From assembly GCA_030265395.1 (NCBI GenBank), contig JARFYF010000063.1, forward strand, positions 21,979,172-22,043,171: DNA of 64,000 bases. The letters run 5' to 3'. This document shows positions 37,701-49,515 of this stretch, in pieces. Below the pieces are notes generated by a model that saw nothing but the letters and a program-made list of their open reading frames with translations, ran no database searches and was not told the origin of the DNA. The position numbers and the translations under genes were made by a program. Positions within the stretch are counted from its first letter, which is position 1, and each line of letters starts with the position of its first letter. Source of the DNA: Rhina ancylostomus. Its lineage: Eukaryota.

Positions 37701-39246
37701 ATTACCATAACTTTTCTTCATGTGAATGATAACATAACATACATAAATGACAGCCAAAACGGAACAAGCTACAACAAAGCTGTACAACTAACATTTCCAT
37801 ATTCACAAATACAATCGATCTGGTGGCTTTCTCACTTATTATGAATGAATCAGTTCTGTCTACACTGGAACATCTGGTGACATCTCCTTGGGGTGCATCC
37901 ACCTTCACTACATCAGTTTTAATAGAGCTGGTCACAGCAAATCCTTGTCAGGATCATGTGGTGACTGTTGTGTTGTGTGTGTAACCTTGGAGAGGTTTAT
38001 TAAGTGACTGTCTTCCAGGTGAACCAGAAATGAAATTGTTCCATTGCAATCAATGACATGCCCTGATAATGAGTTTCCATGTAGGATATTTCATGCAAGT
38101 ACAGTTCAACTTCAAAATGACAGACATGTGCTACACCATTGTGTAGTTCCTTCTGCTTCACTTGTCTGGAACACAGTAATACTAAGCACTGGCTTCACCA
38201 AATCTAAATGCATTCTGATGTGCCTCCCTCTCCGTAACTCAGCAAGTGACTGTTCTATACAGCTTGTTGATTCTCAGTCACCAGGCAAATCTTGTGCTTC
38301 AGGATAACTGCCCTTCCTTTTGGTGAAACAGCAACTCTGGATTCTTAAAGTACCATACCACTTTGAATGATTAACTTGAACATTTTCCAATAAAAAGTAA
38401 CATATTATCTTCATGGTCTTCTTCCCATTCATCCTGGATATGCTCACACACCACAACAGGGAGGATCACATGGTATCAAACCATTGAGTTGTGTCTGGAG
38501 GCTGTGCCCTAGTATTCTAGCATGACAAAGAGAGTGAGGAAACAAGCAAAGGGACATGTAAAGTTGTGATTTCCAGGTCTTACCAAGTAATGGTATCTCA
38601 CATGGAGGTGCAACAACTGGTGGTCAACTCAGCACAATGCCATAACGATGAACTCTCCAATCCTGCACCCCATACAGTAGTCATATACAGCAAATCTTAA
38701 TGTCCATATCTGTGCACAAGCTGAGGCAAAGGAACAACACCCAAATTATCCTGTAGAAGCTTTATGGTTCAGAAATACTTAAATTTCCCATCTCACAAGT
38801 ACTTCTGGAACTTTATCACTCTATTAAAGCTGTAATTGTCTGGCTCTTTCATTTCTCTGCTTTGGAAAGGGACCTTCATGTAAGGTCAATCAATCTTCTC
38901 CATACTCCATATGGTGTGACAAAACCATGGCAATGCATCACAGGGCAGCAGCAATGATTTCACTGGATCATAAATGGACAAGAACCTATGAACTCAGCAG
39001 CAACTGTGGTGAGTCTCAAAACTGAGCTTCTAGTTTCTTTGTCCACTTGCTCTTCATCTTGTGGATAGTAACCTCCATCAAGGCCATACCATAGTCCTTA
39101 AAGATCTCAGGAAATGTTCACAGTAGTCAAGAAGCCATAAATAGGCCTTCAAATCTGCCAACTTGGTCAGGATATTTGCCCAAAGTTGTTTTAACTTTGT
39201 CCTTATCTAGGTGGAGTCTTTCACTGTCCATTTTATAACCAAGATT

Positions 39247-39637
39247 TGTCACAATGTTGATCAAGAGCAAACTCATAACCCAATTGCAGCACACCAATAC
39301 AAGACTGGAGTCAGGATACTTCCTCAGGACAAACACAGGCAGTATCTGGAAGGAATCTTGCCTCAGAGATCTAAAGAGGAATCTCAGCACAAACTGGATC
39401 TTCACAAAGGAATAGAGAACACAGGACCGCTCTAGAGTAAACCACTCTAAGCAACTAGGAGCTAAAGGTAGACCAGTACTCTGGTAACTAGTGCTAGAGA
39501 ACCACAGGTACTTATGCTAGGCCCCTGATGGGGCTCAGGTGTGTATTGTTATGTAATCAGTCCAGCATGGAATCCATGTGCTGGATGACAAGGCATTAAT
39601 GGAGCCAAATTGAGGGCCAGAACTCAGAACCATAACA
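39247..39637. mobile_element. Solo LTR, same family as 21598-21993, opposite orientation
   Basis: TGTCAC...ATAACA termini; end-to-end reverse-complement similarity to the first copy; flanks AGATT/AGTCT (weak TSD). Confidence 0.75.
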
Positions 39638-40129
39638 AGTCTGCCCCGGCTGGTAGGTCAGGGCTAACCTTAATGGCAGACAGCTCCAGACTGGTTTACT
39701 TGTGGAAGATCCCCTGTAACCAGGAGGGGGAATAGTCTGAGTTCAGGGCTGGGGAAAGAGGGAATCTGTTGATTGGGGCTGCAGAGGGACTGTGATGGAG
39801 ACTGGGAGTAGGCCTGGCATTTAGGGGCAGGGATAGGACTGATGTAAGCTGGGGACTGCCCTGTGATTATAAATGAGGAAGCAACCTGTGATTGGGTGGG
39901 GAATGAGGTCTGTGATCAAAGGTGAAAAGAAGCTTTGTTTAGGGGTCTTCTATTTCTCCAGGCTTACATGCAGCCATTCCCCTTGGGGAGACAGCAGCTC
40001 CTGTCTTCATTTCACTGCTATGTTTTACAACCCATACAGAATGTGTACATTAAGTTACAGACCAACTTTCCTGGGGCACCTCTGACCTCCTCTCCACAGT
40101 AGGACAATCAGACAGACCAATATTCACCA

Positions 40130-40490
40130 TCCTAAAACATATAAAACATTAATCTTGGAGTAAGGGTAGGCTAATCAGCTCTTTGATTCTGCTCCACAGT
40201 GCAATAAAATTATGACTGATCTGATTGTAATCTCAATGCCACATTCCTGCATACCCCAAGTAATCTTTCACCCCTTTGCTTATCAAAGGTCTATAAAATA
40301 TTCAAAATCCCTGTTCCCACTGCCCTTTGAGGAATGGAGTTTTGATCACTCCCGTCTCCAGGAGAGAAACAAATTTTGCCTCACCTCTATCTTTAATGGC
40401 AGACCCATTATTTTTAAGCAGTGATCCCTCGTTCTGGATTTTGGCTCAATAGGAACCATCTTCTCGATGTTCATTCTGTCAAGGTTCTTG
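40130..40490 (-). mobile_element. CR1 LINE 3' fragment
   Basis: aataaaattatgactgatctgattgtaatctcaa...tgcctcacctctatctttaatggcagaccc. Confidence 0.75.
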
Positions 40491-40714
40491 CCTTACCCTT
40501 CCCCTCCCTGGGGTCTTAGAGAAACAGATATGTAGGATGGGTTATGGACACAAGCCATGTATTTCACTTTTAGTCATCCAGAGCTGCTCAGGTTGTTCCA
40601 ATGTGATTGAATGTTAGAGGGATAAACTGCAATGGGCAATGTAACCTTACTGTTATTGAGTTTTTTGTGTTCTTAAGCTGGTGAACTACAAATTCTTTGT
40701 CTGCTGTGGTATTC

Positions 40715-41760
40715 GTGTCATTGAATCATGAGGGGGTACGGTATTGGAGGAGACTGGCCAACTCACTGGCTCCTTATCAGAGTTTTCCAACTTGTCCCAG
40801 TGCTCTGTTTTTCCCTTAGCCCTACAAATTATTATTATTATTATTTGTTTTAATCCAAGTCATTGATCAATAGCCAAATATTGAATCTGTTTACACCATC
40901 CCAATGAGACAGAATATTTCAAAGCACGCACATCAACAAGTTATGTTAAAAAATACCTAATGTTATCTCCTGTTTGATTGTCAACCACCTTAAATTTGCA
41001 TCCTCTGGTTACCAACCCTTCTGCCACTGGAAACAGGTTCTCCTTATTTCTTCTAACAAACCATTCATGACTTTGAATTCCTTTAGCAAGTCTATTCCTT
41101 CGCTTACTATTCTCCAAGAGGAACAAGCCAGTTTCTCTACATAACTGAGGTCCTCTACACATTGTACTATTCTAGTCAATTTCTCTGCATATTCCCTGAG
41201 GCTTGACACTGGCCCTGAACTTTGCTGTCCAAAATTGAACATAATATCCGAATTAATGTTTTGTAAAAATTCATCATAACTTCATGCCTTGATTAATGAA
41301 TCTTTTTATTCAACCACCATCTCAATTTGTCGTGATACCTTCAAAAGTGTGTTACTCTCTTTTTTTTCTGGGCCATCTGTAGATTATGCCATTTGGTTAA
41401 CAATATATCTCCTTATTCTTTCTACAGTAGTCTCACTTCATAGTTCTCATTGTCACGTTTCGCTTATCACGGATCTGTCCTTTTCACTATTATGTTTATG
41501 TGTATTACTGTCCTCTTCGTTGCTTGATATGTTTCTGAATTTTATTCCTTCTACAGACTTTGAATTTATGCCTGGAATCCCCAATTATAGATCATTGGTA
41601 CCAGTCCAAAGGAACAGTGCTTCCCGGAATACACTTCTGTAAACTTCCAGTCTGTAAAACTGTTATTTATATTTACTCCATTTTCTGTTCCTTAGTTATA
41701 CTTGCATCCTTAGTACACCACCCTTTCATTCCATGGGCTACTGTTTTACTAGCTAGTGCT
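40715..41760 (-). mobile_element. Fragmented CR1 LINE
   Basis: LSYVEKL, FKVMNG and NKENLFPVAEGLVTRGCKFKV motifs; a further piece at 41560-41760. Confidence 0.7.
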
Positions 41761-42549
41761 TAGAAACAATGACTGGCATTGAAATGTTGAAGTATGTACC
41801 CTTGTTTGTATATTATTCATACATTATTACAAATAGATCTATTATAGAGATAAAACTGTATACAAAACACTTCCAGAATGGCTTTATGCATTCTCAAAGG
41901 TGTGATAGTTCCATTTCCCCCATCAATCTCCACTTTTGATAACCACCAGGAAAGATTGCAATTTTATGTTAGATTATACTAAATTTGTATCAGTTTCACA
42001 CCTGATGAAAGCTGCCCAAATTCATTTCATGCACAGCCCTTACCAACTGCAAGGAAACTTCATCTCTTGAGTATGCACTGGAGTCACACCCTTGTACAAT
42101 GACAGTGCATTAACTCATTCAGCACCAGTTCACCATATTTATTAGTCTTAATAAAATAACAGCAGGGTTTAAGCACTGTTGCTTTTGTATATATTACTTT
42201 GGACTTTGAGGTAAGTCACCTGGTTATGCCATAGAGGATAGCACAGTATTGTGTAAGCAAATGGATTTCACTCAGTTTTATCTGTTACAGAAACGTTACA
42301 CTTCAGGGAAGGATTCAATCTCACAATGTCAATACAATCTGAGAACTAGATCTTCAGTCCAATGTGAAACTTGGAACCACACTTGCACAATGATGGGTCT
42401 TGGTAAGTTATAAATGCGTGCTGTATCTGTAACTCTCAGATGACATTTCAGAGTAAATTTTCCTGGCCAGTCCCTGAATAACATCCAGGTAGTACTTGTC
42501 ATCAGTAAGACAAACAGGCAGTTTGGGTGAGTCTCTCCAGCCTTCTACA

Positions 42550-43135
42550 TTACGGCAGGTGGAGTTTAATCAGGGCAAGTGTGAGGTGTTGCACTTTGGG
42601 AGGTCTAATGTAAGTAGAAAGTATACAGTTAGTGGCAGGATCCTTAACAGCATTGATGTAAAGAGGGATCTTGGGGTCCAAGTCCATAGCTCCCTGAAAG
42701 TGGCCATGCTAGTAGATAGGGTGGTAAAGAAGGCATATGGCATGCTTGCCTTCATAGGTCAGGGCACTGAATATAAGAATAAGGAACTCACATTGCAGTT
42801 GGATAAAACTTTGGTTAGGCCGCACTTGGAGTACCGTGTGTAATTCTGGTCACCCCATTACAGGAAGAATGTGGAGGCTTTGGAAAGGATATAGAAGAGG
42901 ATTACTAGGATGCTGCCTGAATTGGAAGGTATCAGATATAAGGAGAGGTTGGAGAAACTTGGGTTGTTTTCTCTGGAGCATCAGAGGAGAATTGATGGAA
43001 GTTTATAAAGTTATGAGAGGCATAGATAGGATAGACAGTCAAATCTTTTTCCCAGGGTAGAAATGTCAAATGCTATAAGACATGCATTTAAGATGAGGGG
43101 GGAACATTTAAACGAGATGTGTAGGGCAAGTTTTT
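42550..43135 (+). mobile_element. CR1 LINE ORF2 C-terminal fragment
   Basis: QVEFNQGKCEVLHFGRSN...RDLGVQVHSSLKVA...KKAYGMLAFI...LVRPHLEY; internal stops. Confidence 0.95.
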
Positions 43136-43614
43136 CAGTCATTCCCATAAACCACTTTCCATGCTAAGCACATATTGGCAGTAGCTGAGTTTGCCAATGA
43201 AGCTGACTTCATTACTGATTTCAATTTCTTCTGAAAATTATCTGTTTTCCTGAAATGAAGTTTTGTTTCCTTTTTTCTTAAAGCAACCTTTTCCTTGTTT
43301 CCATTTCTTGTTGGGAAATGCCACTGGAATGAAGAAGCTCAAGTTTGGCAACACCATGGACATGCCAACCATTATCTTTCCAAAACATGCTGGTCATTTC
43401 AGAAGTGATGTTCTTCTGTCCCACTCTTACTTGAATAATTTGACCTTCCATAATCCCTTCCTCTTGTTGCAGTTCCACACAAAAGCTTCTTTCTTAGCTC
43501 TTCTCTTTCATTATTATAATTCTAGAAATTGCCAGACACACAAAGATAAATGTCATCATACAGTGCTTTTTTCATTCTTGTTAGTCACATGATACAATGA
43601 TAAGGGAGTTCTCA

Positions 43615-43925
43615 GTTAGAACATAGAGCACTGAAATAGGTCAGTTAGCCCCATCGATCTACTTGGTCTTTATGCACCACTTGAGCCCTCTCCCTTTCTA
43701 TCCCATCCAGCTCCACCGGTGTAAGCCTTTATTCTCTTCTCCCTTATGTGCTTCATAAGCTTCTTCTTAACTCCACTTTTAATAATCATCACAGCCCTCC
43801 TCATGGTTTGGAGGTTCTACGCTTTCACTGATCTCTGGGCAAAATGAACTTCTTCNNNNNNNNNNNNNNNNNNNNNNNNNNNNNNGCTTACATTGAGGCT
43901 CTCTGGTTTTGCATGTTCCCACAAA
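43615..43925 (-). mobile_element. Old CR1 3' fragment
   Basis: agaacatagagcactgaaataggtc tail; ttcactgatctctgggcaaaa. Confidence 0.55.
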
Positions 43926-44599
43926 TGCTATTGGAGATACAGAAACAGATCCTCTCTAGCTGCAGAATTTAGCTTGAAAACACCCACTGTTTGGGAGCCA
44001 AATTAGTTCCAATATGTTGAGCAATCCAAGTATGTATGTTTATGGTGTGAGTGATGTTTTCCTGTTTATTGTTAGATTCTTTAGTGCAGAATGAACACCT
44101 GCTGGAAGAGGCACATCATGTCAACCAGCATACAATGTTACACTCCTATAAAATGGACTTCAGCTCTTCAGTTAAGGCCCCCTTATAACCTTGAACAACA
44201 GCAGGAACCTTTCCCAAATACACCCCCTCTCCTTGATAAGTTTTATTTATAGAGTTTCTTAACTATGAACAAGTTATTTGCTGATACATTTTCACATTGG
44301 CTGTTGTTAGGAATGCCATAGCTACGTTATGCTTTCTGTATTTATTTAGATTGCCAGATTATAAGGAGTGCTGTGTTAAGTGCTGAAGGACTTTTTCTTA
44401 ACTTCAAGCTTTCTCTAAAACTTAGTGTCCCTGAACATGGGCAGCATTCCCTATGTACCACTTGATCAGGAGAATGAGCAGATGTCACAGAAAATAGGAC
44501 AAGCAACTGGAAAAGTAAGGAAGAGGAGGGGACGAAGGATTCCCAGCAGTAGGTCATATCCACTCACAGAGTTGAGGAAGCAGCTCTCCTATCTGAATC

Positions 44600-45335
44600 A
44601 TATACAGTGAATGGCAGGACCCTTAGGAGCATTGACGTACAGAGGAATCTTGGGGTGCAAGTCTATTGCTCCCTGGAAGTGGCAACATGTGTAGATGGGG
44701 TTGTAAAGAAGATGTATGGCATACTTGCTACATCTATCAGGGTGCTGAGTATAAAAGTCAGTAATTCATGTTACAGCTGCATGAAACTTTAGTTAGGCCA
44801 CATTTGGAGTAGCGTGTGCAGTTTTGGTCACCGCATTACAGGAAGGATGCAGAAGCTATGGAGAGGGGACAGAAGAGTTCACCAGTATGTTGCCTGGATT
44901 GGAGAGTATGAGCTCTAAGGAGAGGTTAGACAAACTTGAATTGTTTTCTTTGGAGAGTCAGAGGCTGAGGGGTGACCTGGTAGAAGTATATAAAATTATG
45001 AGGAACATAGATAGGATAGGTAGTCAGGATCTTTTTCCTCAGATGGAAATATCAAATACTAGAGAGCATAGCTTTAAGGTGAGAGAGCAAAAGTTTTAAG
45101 GAGATTTACAAGGCAACTTTTTTACATAGAGTGTGATAAGTGCCTGGAACATGCTGGAAGCAGATATGATAATAGCATTACGAGGCTTTTAGATAGACTC
45201 ATCAATATGCAGGGCATGGAGGGATATGGATCATGTGCATGCAGAAGAGATTTAGTTTAATTTGGCGTTGTGTTAGACACGGACATCGTAGGCTGAAGGA
45301 TCTGTTCCTGTGCTGTATTATTCTATGTTCTATGT
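44600..45335 (+). mobile_element. CR1 LINE 3' fragment with tail
   Basis: NGRTLRSIDVQRNLGVQV; ERLDKLELFSLESQRLRGDLVEVYKIM; tail ttctatgttctatg. Confidence 0.95.
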
Positions 45336-45599
45336 AACCTTAGTGAGGAACTGTGTGTGAAAGACTTCATTTAGCATCACTAAACTGGGAGGACAGTAGC
45401 AGAGCTCTCATGACTGGTGTCTGGTCTTCTGCTTCAGCGACCAGCCGTTAGGTGGCTTCTGCTTTTGTTACAATGGAAAATGAGATTATTAGGTCCTCTA
45501 TTATTGTTATAGTTGGGTCCACAGTTTGCTGAAGGAGATGCCCATGTTGGAAATGATGGACTCCCAGCTTTGCACAAAATAGTCTTGCAAGATTAAGTC

Positions 45600-46730
45600 T
45601 ATAATATTCCATCTTTCTTTATGTCATTCACTTGCGTTAGCACAGGCTGGCCAATGTTCTCAGCACTTCACTGCACAATCAGCCTTTTTCTCGGGGTTTC
45701 CCACTAAATTGCTCATCTGTTCCCTCTGCAGCTGACCTTGCATCCACACTATGCTTTCACTCTGCTCTGGCTGCAAGTCGCTTTTGCCCAGAGGCTCAGT
45801 GCCTACAGATCCTATCTCTAAACTAGCCTTTAAATTACACACAGAGTCAGCATGTGAGTTTGTAGCTGAGATGTTAAGTTGAGTTGTAGTGTGTCTTCAT
45901 CCTCACTTTCCTCTGGCTTTTCAACCAGCTGCCCTTGTAAGGTTGCAATTCTTGGCTGTGTGAAAGNNNNNNNNNNAGACTCAAGATTCGAGTTATGATG
46001 CTGAGAGTTGGGGGCTAGGACAAGGTAAAAGGGGTAGTGTTCCTACACCACTGGCAGCTTAAACATCAGAAGAGATTTTACAATGAGAGGGGAACGGGAT
46101 GTGAGGAAATTGGGCTTGAGAACACCATCATTTTTATAGCTTCTGCCTTGCCATAGGCTACAATGGCTTGTGCAAGTTTGACAAGCGTTATCTCCTCCCT
46201 GGCATGAAGGAGACACAGACAGAGTTGTCCCTCTACAGTTAGCCATGCCTGCCTGCAGATAAGTACTGTCTTGTCCTGCAAAAGAGGAAAAGGACTAGGG
46301 CGTCACAATTATGTTTCAGTGATGTTCCTCTTAGTGCATGCAGCTTTTGAGATGACAGTGTGAGGCTTTCAGCAGCATTAAGTGTGTGAGGGTGTGATGG
46401 AGTCCTCATTGATGAAGATTCATGGTGGGTGAACAATGGCAATGTGGTATCTGAACCCTAAGTGCACTTGGTAGGCTACAGATTTTGAAGATGGTTTCAT
46501 TGCCCTTGATCATGCTTGCAAGGTAATTGAACTTGTCATAGATCTATTTCAAGTCCTCAAAACTTGAATTGTGGCATTGAGCGCCAGAGTTCTCTTCATT
46601 CGGCTGCCTTCATTGGATTTGTCTGGCGGATCCCTTCATCCCTGCAGAAACAGGACATCTCTCCTGCTTTGCACCTCCTCCACCAGGCCCTCCAGTAATC
46701 ACAAAACTATGTGATCTATTTTATGACTGC
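45600..46730 (-). pseudogene. PIF/Harbinger transposon Myb/SANT-like DNA-binding protein gene relic (about 3 exons)
   Basis: 46505-46710: LLEGLVEEVQSRRDVLF...ALNA...RT*...KFNYL (Myb/SANT-like pattern). Next exon follows tcttttgcAG near 46278 (DKTVLICRQAWLTVEGQ...EE). Third, acidic exon EESEDEDTLQLNLT...LKASLEIGS. Stops and frameshifts present. Confidence 0.6.
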
Positions 46731-47059
46731 CTCCCAGATTGAATCTTAGAATATCTACCAGAGCCTGTTGTAGCAACAATCCGGCTTCCCTTCAAGAGAT
46801 GCAGGTACAACATGTTAGCTTTAGCTAGTCCCAACTACTCAACGCATTGTGCCCATTACCAAGGCAAAAATAGTGTTATTAGAGATGGCTGCAGACAGTA
46901 AATGTGTAAATAAGAAAGCGCCATGAACTTGGTGTCCTGTTTCCTGCATCTGTTTATAGCGGCTGGCCTGTTTAGTCCTCATGTCTACTCTAGGAAAGCC
47001 TTGCTTCATGTTAAAGGTCATCAAAAAATGAATATAACCTTGTCGTTTTGGCATCATCT

Positions 47060-47535
47060 TTGTAAATCATCTTTTCCACCTTCTCCAATGTCTCTGTATG
47101 GTACAAGAACTGCGCAATATACTTCAATCATGGTCAAAGCAAATTTCAACACAAATTTGGCATAGATCTTTGCTTCCCAATTTTCAATCCCTGATGCATG
47201 GCTTTCCTTTAATACAGCCTTATTGAGCTGTGTTAAAGTCTTGAGTGATTTGTGGATGTGAAATCCAAGAACTATTTGGTCTTCTATCCCACCTATATTC
47301 TATTTTTTTTCAAATAATATGCTCCTTCCTTATTTTTTAGATTCAACTATAATGCCTCACACTTATTAGCACTGAAATTCATTTGCTAGTCATATGCCTA
47401 TTCTGCAAGTTTATTTATTTATTGCCATCTTCCTCAGTGAGAGTGCTTCCTTCTAATTTTTTATCATCCGCAAATTTGGAAATTGTCCTTCTGATTCCAA
47501 AGTCTAAATCATTAATTTTAGTTGTGAATAAGTGT
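47060..47535 (-). mobile_element. CR1 LINE reverse transcriptase fragment
   Basis: LFTTKINDLDFGIRRTISKFADDKKL (RT catalytic FADD motif). Confidence 0.85.
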
Positions 47536-49411
47536 NNNNNNNNNNNNNNNNNNNNNNNNNNNNNNNNNNNNNNNNNNNNNNNNNNNNNNNNNNNNNNNNN
47601 NNNNNNNNNNNNNNNNNNNNNNNNNNNNNNNNNNNNNNNNNNNNNNNNNNNNNNNNNNNNNNNNNNNNNNNNNNNNNNNNNNNNNNNNNNNNNNNNNNNN
47701 NNNNNNNNNNNNNNNNNNNNNNNNNNNNNNNNNNNNNNNNNNNNNNNNNNNNNNNNNNNNNNNNNNNNNNNNNNNNNNNNNNNNNNNNNNNNNNNNNNNN
47801 NNNNNNNNNNNNNNNAATACCAGGGAAATTTTCCCCATCTGTCCAGTTCATTACTTTTATTTCCAGGGAAAACCAATGGAGCTGGTGTAGTTTATTTTAC
47901 ATAGCTCATTGACTGGAAGATCAGTGCTATGGGTTAAACCACTTCCCCATTTAATTTGCTCAACTCCAATTATTTTTGTATAAAAATATTGAAAACACTT
48001 CCTTTCTGTGTGGGCAATTACAGAACCACACACTGATATTCCTGATTGGAACTAGCACATCTAATCAGCTGTCAACCTTAGTTAAAACTCCATTAATGTT
48101 AATGATACATAGTTAAATAATTTTGAGTTTTAAAATACTGGGAATTGTCTTTTTCCTTCCTGGATGTTATTGTACAGCTGATCTTAATTTCATGAGAAGA
48201 TAGAATTAACGTTAACTGTGTTGGCCTTGGGAGGTCACAAGTCTCCAACAAAATGACTGAAGGGAGAGTTTTTAATTTTGCGATGTCTGAAGCATTCCTT
48301 TTCCAGGAAAATTCACAGGTTTGGGAAAGTAGTACCCACTCAGAAGTCCAGCACTAACTGCTTTGAAAATTGTTTCTAAAAATAAACAATAGCTCTTAAA
48401 AATATCCCTTCTTTTGAAAGTCTATGCAGGGGCTGAAGTGCATTCATGTTCAGTATTGTGTTATGAGTAATGCCCATTTTTGGCTACATTGACTGAGGTA
48501 GAAAGCTTACATGCCAGTTCCTCCTCGATCATTTCAAATCTATTCACTGCATGTCTGATAATATTGTGATATTTTATTTTTAACCGATGACATTACTGAT
48601 TCAGGAAACTTCCCCTCATCACCCACCCATTACTAAAAAGTTCTGATTCTGTGCTCATTGAATCATATTTCCTCTTTGATTCAAATGGGCGATAATGTCT
48701 GTCATGCTTTTCCTGTCCACCTTAAATTGTAATGCAATTGCTTTTTTCTTCAGCTTAATGCGTCAGCGAGACACAGTGTTCATAAAAGGCTGTGTCCTGG
48801 TGAAATGTCAGCTCTGGGATGTCATTCATCATTTTACTGCTTTTAGCCTCAATCCTAGCATATTCTGTAAATAATAGCTCACTGTTGGCAGCAACGGTAA
48901 AGATTGCAGTTGCAGGATTTTATGGCGTGTATAACTGGGGGAAGTAAGTTTACAGCACAAGCACACTTTGAATCATTATACATCATCGAGACATGCCTTG
49001 GCCATCTGCCAGTTACTAACACAGACACTCCTGTGTCTTTGTGCTTCTTCTGACTCTCCTGCTCCATTTGTCTGTCTTATTTTTTACTCTGTCCCTTATT
49101 CAACCTTGCTGCTCTCTTTACCTTTCTTATTTCCTCCCTGTCCCTCCCACTCTCCATTTCTGTTGCTTACAGAGATCCCTGATTGTAAAGCACTGCCAAT
49201 TATCTGGGAGTAGGCATTCTATGAAGATTGATTTCCAACCTGAAAGCTCTCCAGGTACAGGGAGTACAGCACTCTTGCAGCACTGCCACCTTTCACTGGA
49301 GATATTGCCCGGTGGATGCAAGGGATCCCATTGCAGTATTTCAGAGTAGTCCAGGAGAGTGGACAGTTCTTGTGGGCAATGTTTATCCTTCAACAAACAA
49401 AGCTTAAAAAA

Positions 49412-49515
49412 AATTACAAGAAGATGCTTGACGAACTCAACAGGTCAGGCAGCATCCGTGGAGAAAAGCAGACGGTCAATGTTTCAGGTTCTGCATCTGC
49501 AGTCCTTTGTTTCTC
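49412..49515. mobile_element. Collapsed inverted PLE terminal repeat
   Basis: gaactcaacaggtcaggcagcatccgtgg...aatgtttcaggtt joined to gcatctgcagtcctttg. Confidence 0.65.

Noticed and set aside
21598-39637. 18-kb DNA transposon bounded by 400-bp TIRs
   Set aside because: Outer flanks (GCTTC, AGTCT) do not match; the first unit has its own TSD, both have LTR-like termini, and no transposase lies between
42550-45335. Tandem segmental duplication of CR1
   Set aside because: Similarity is confined to the CR1 body, with different indels and ends, and the flanks are unrelated
45920-45931. 12-nt match to the 3' half of miR-133 (ttcaaccagctg)
   Set aside because: Seed absent, no hairpin seen, lies in a TE relic
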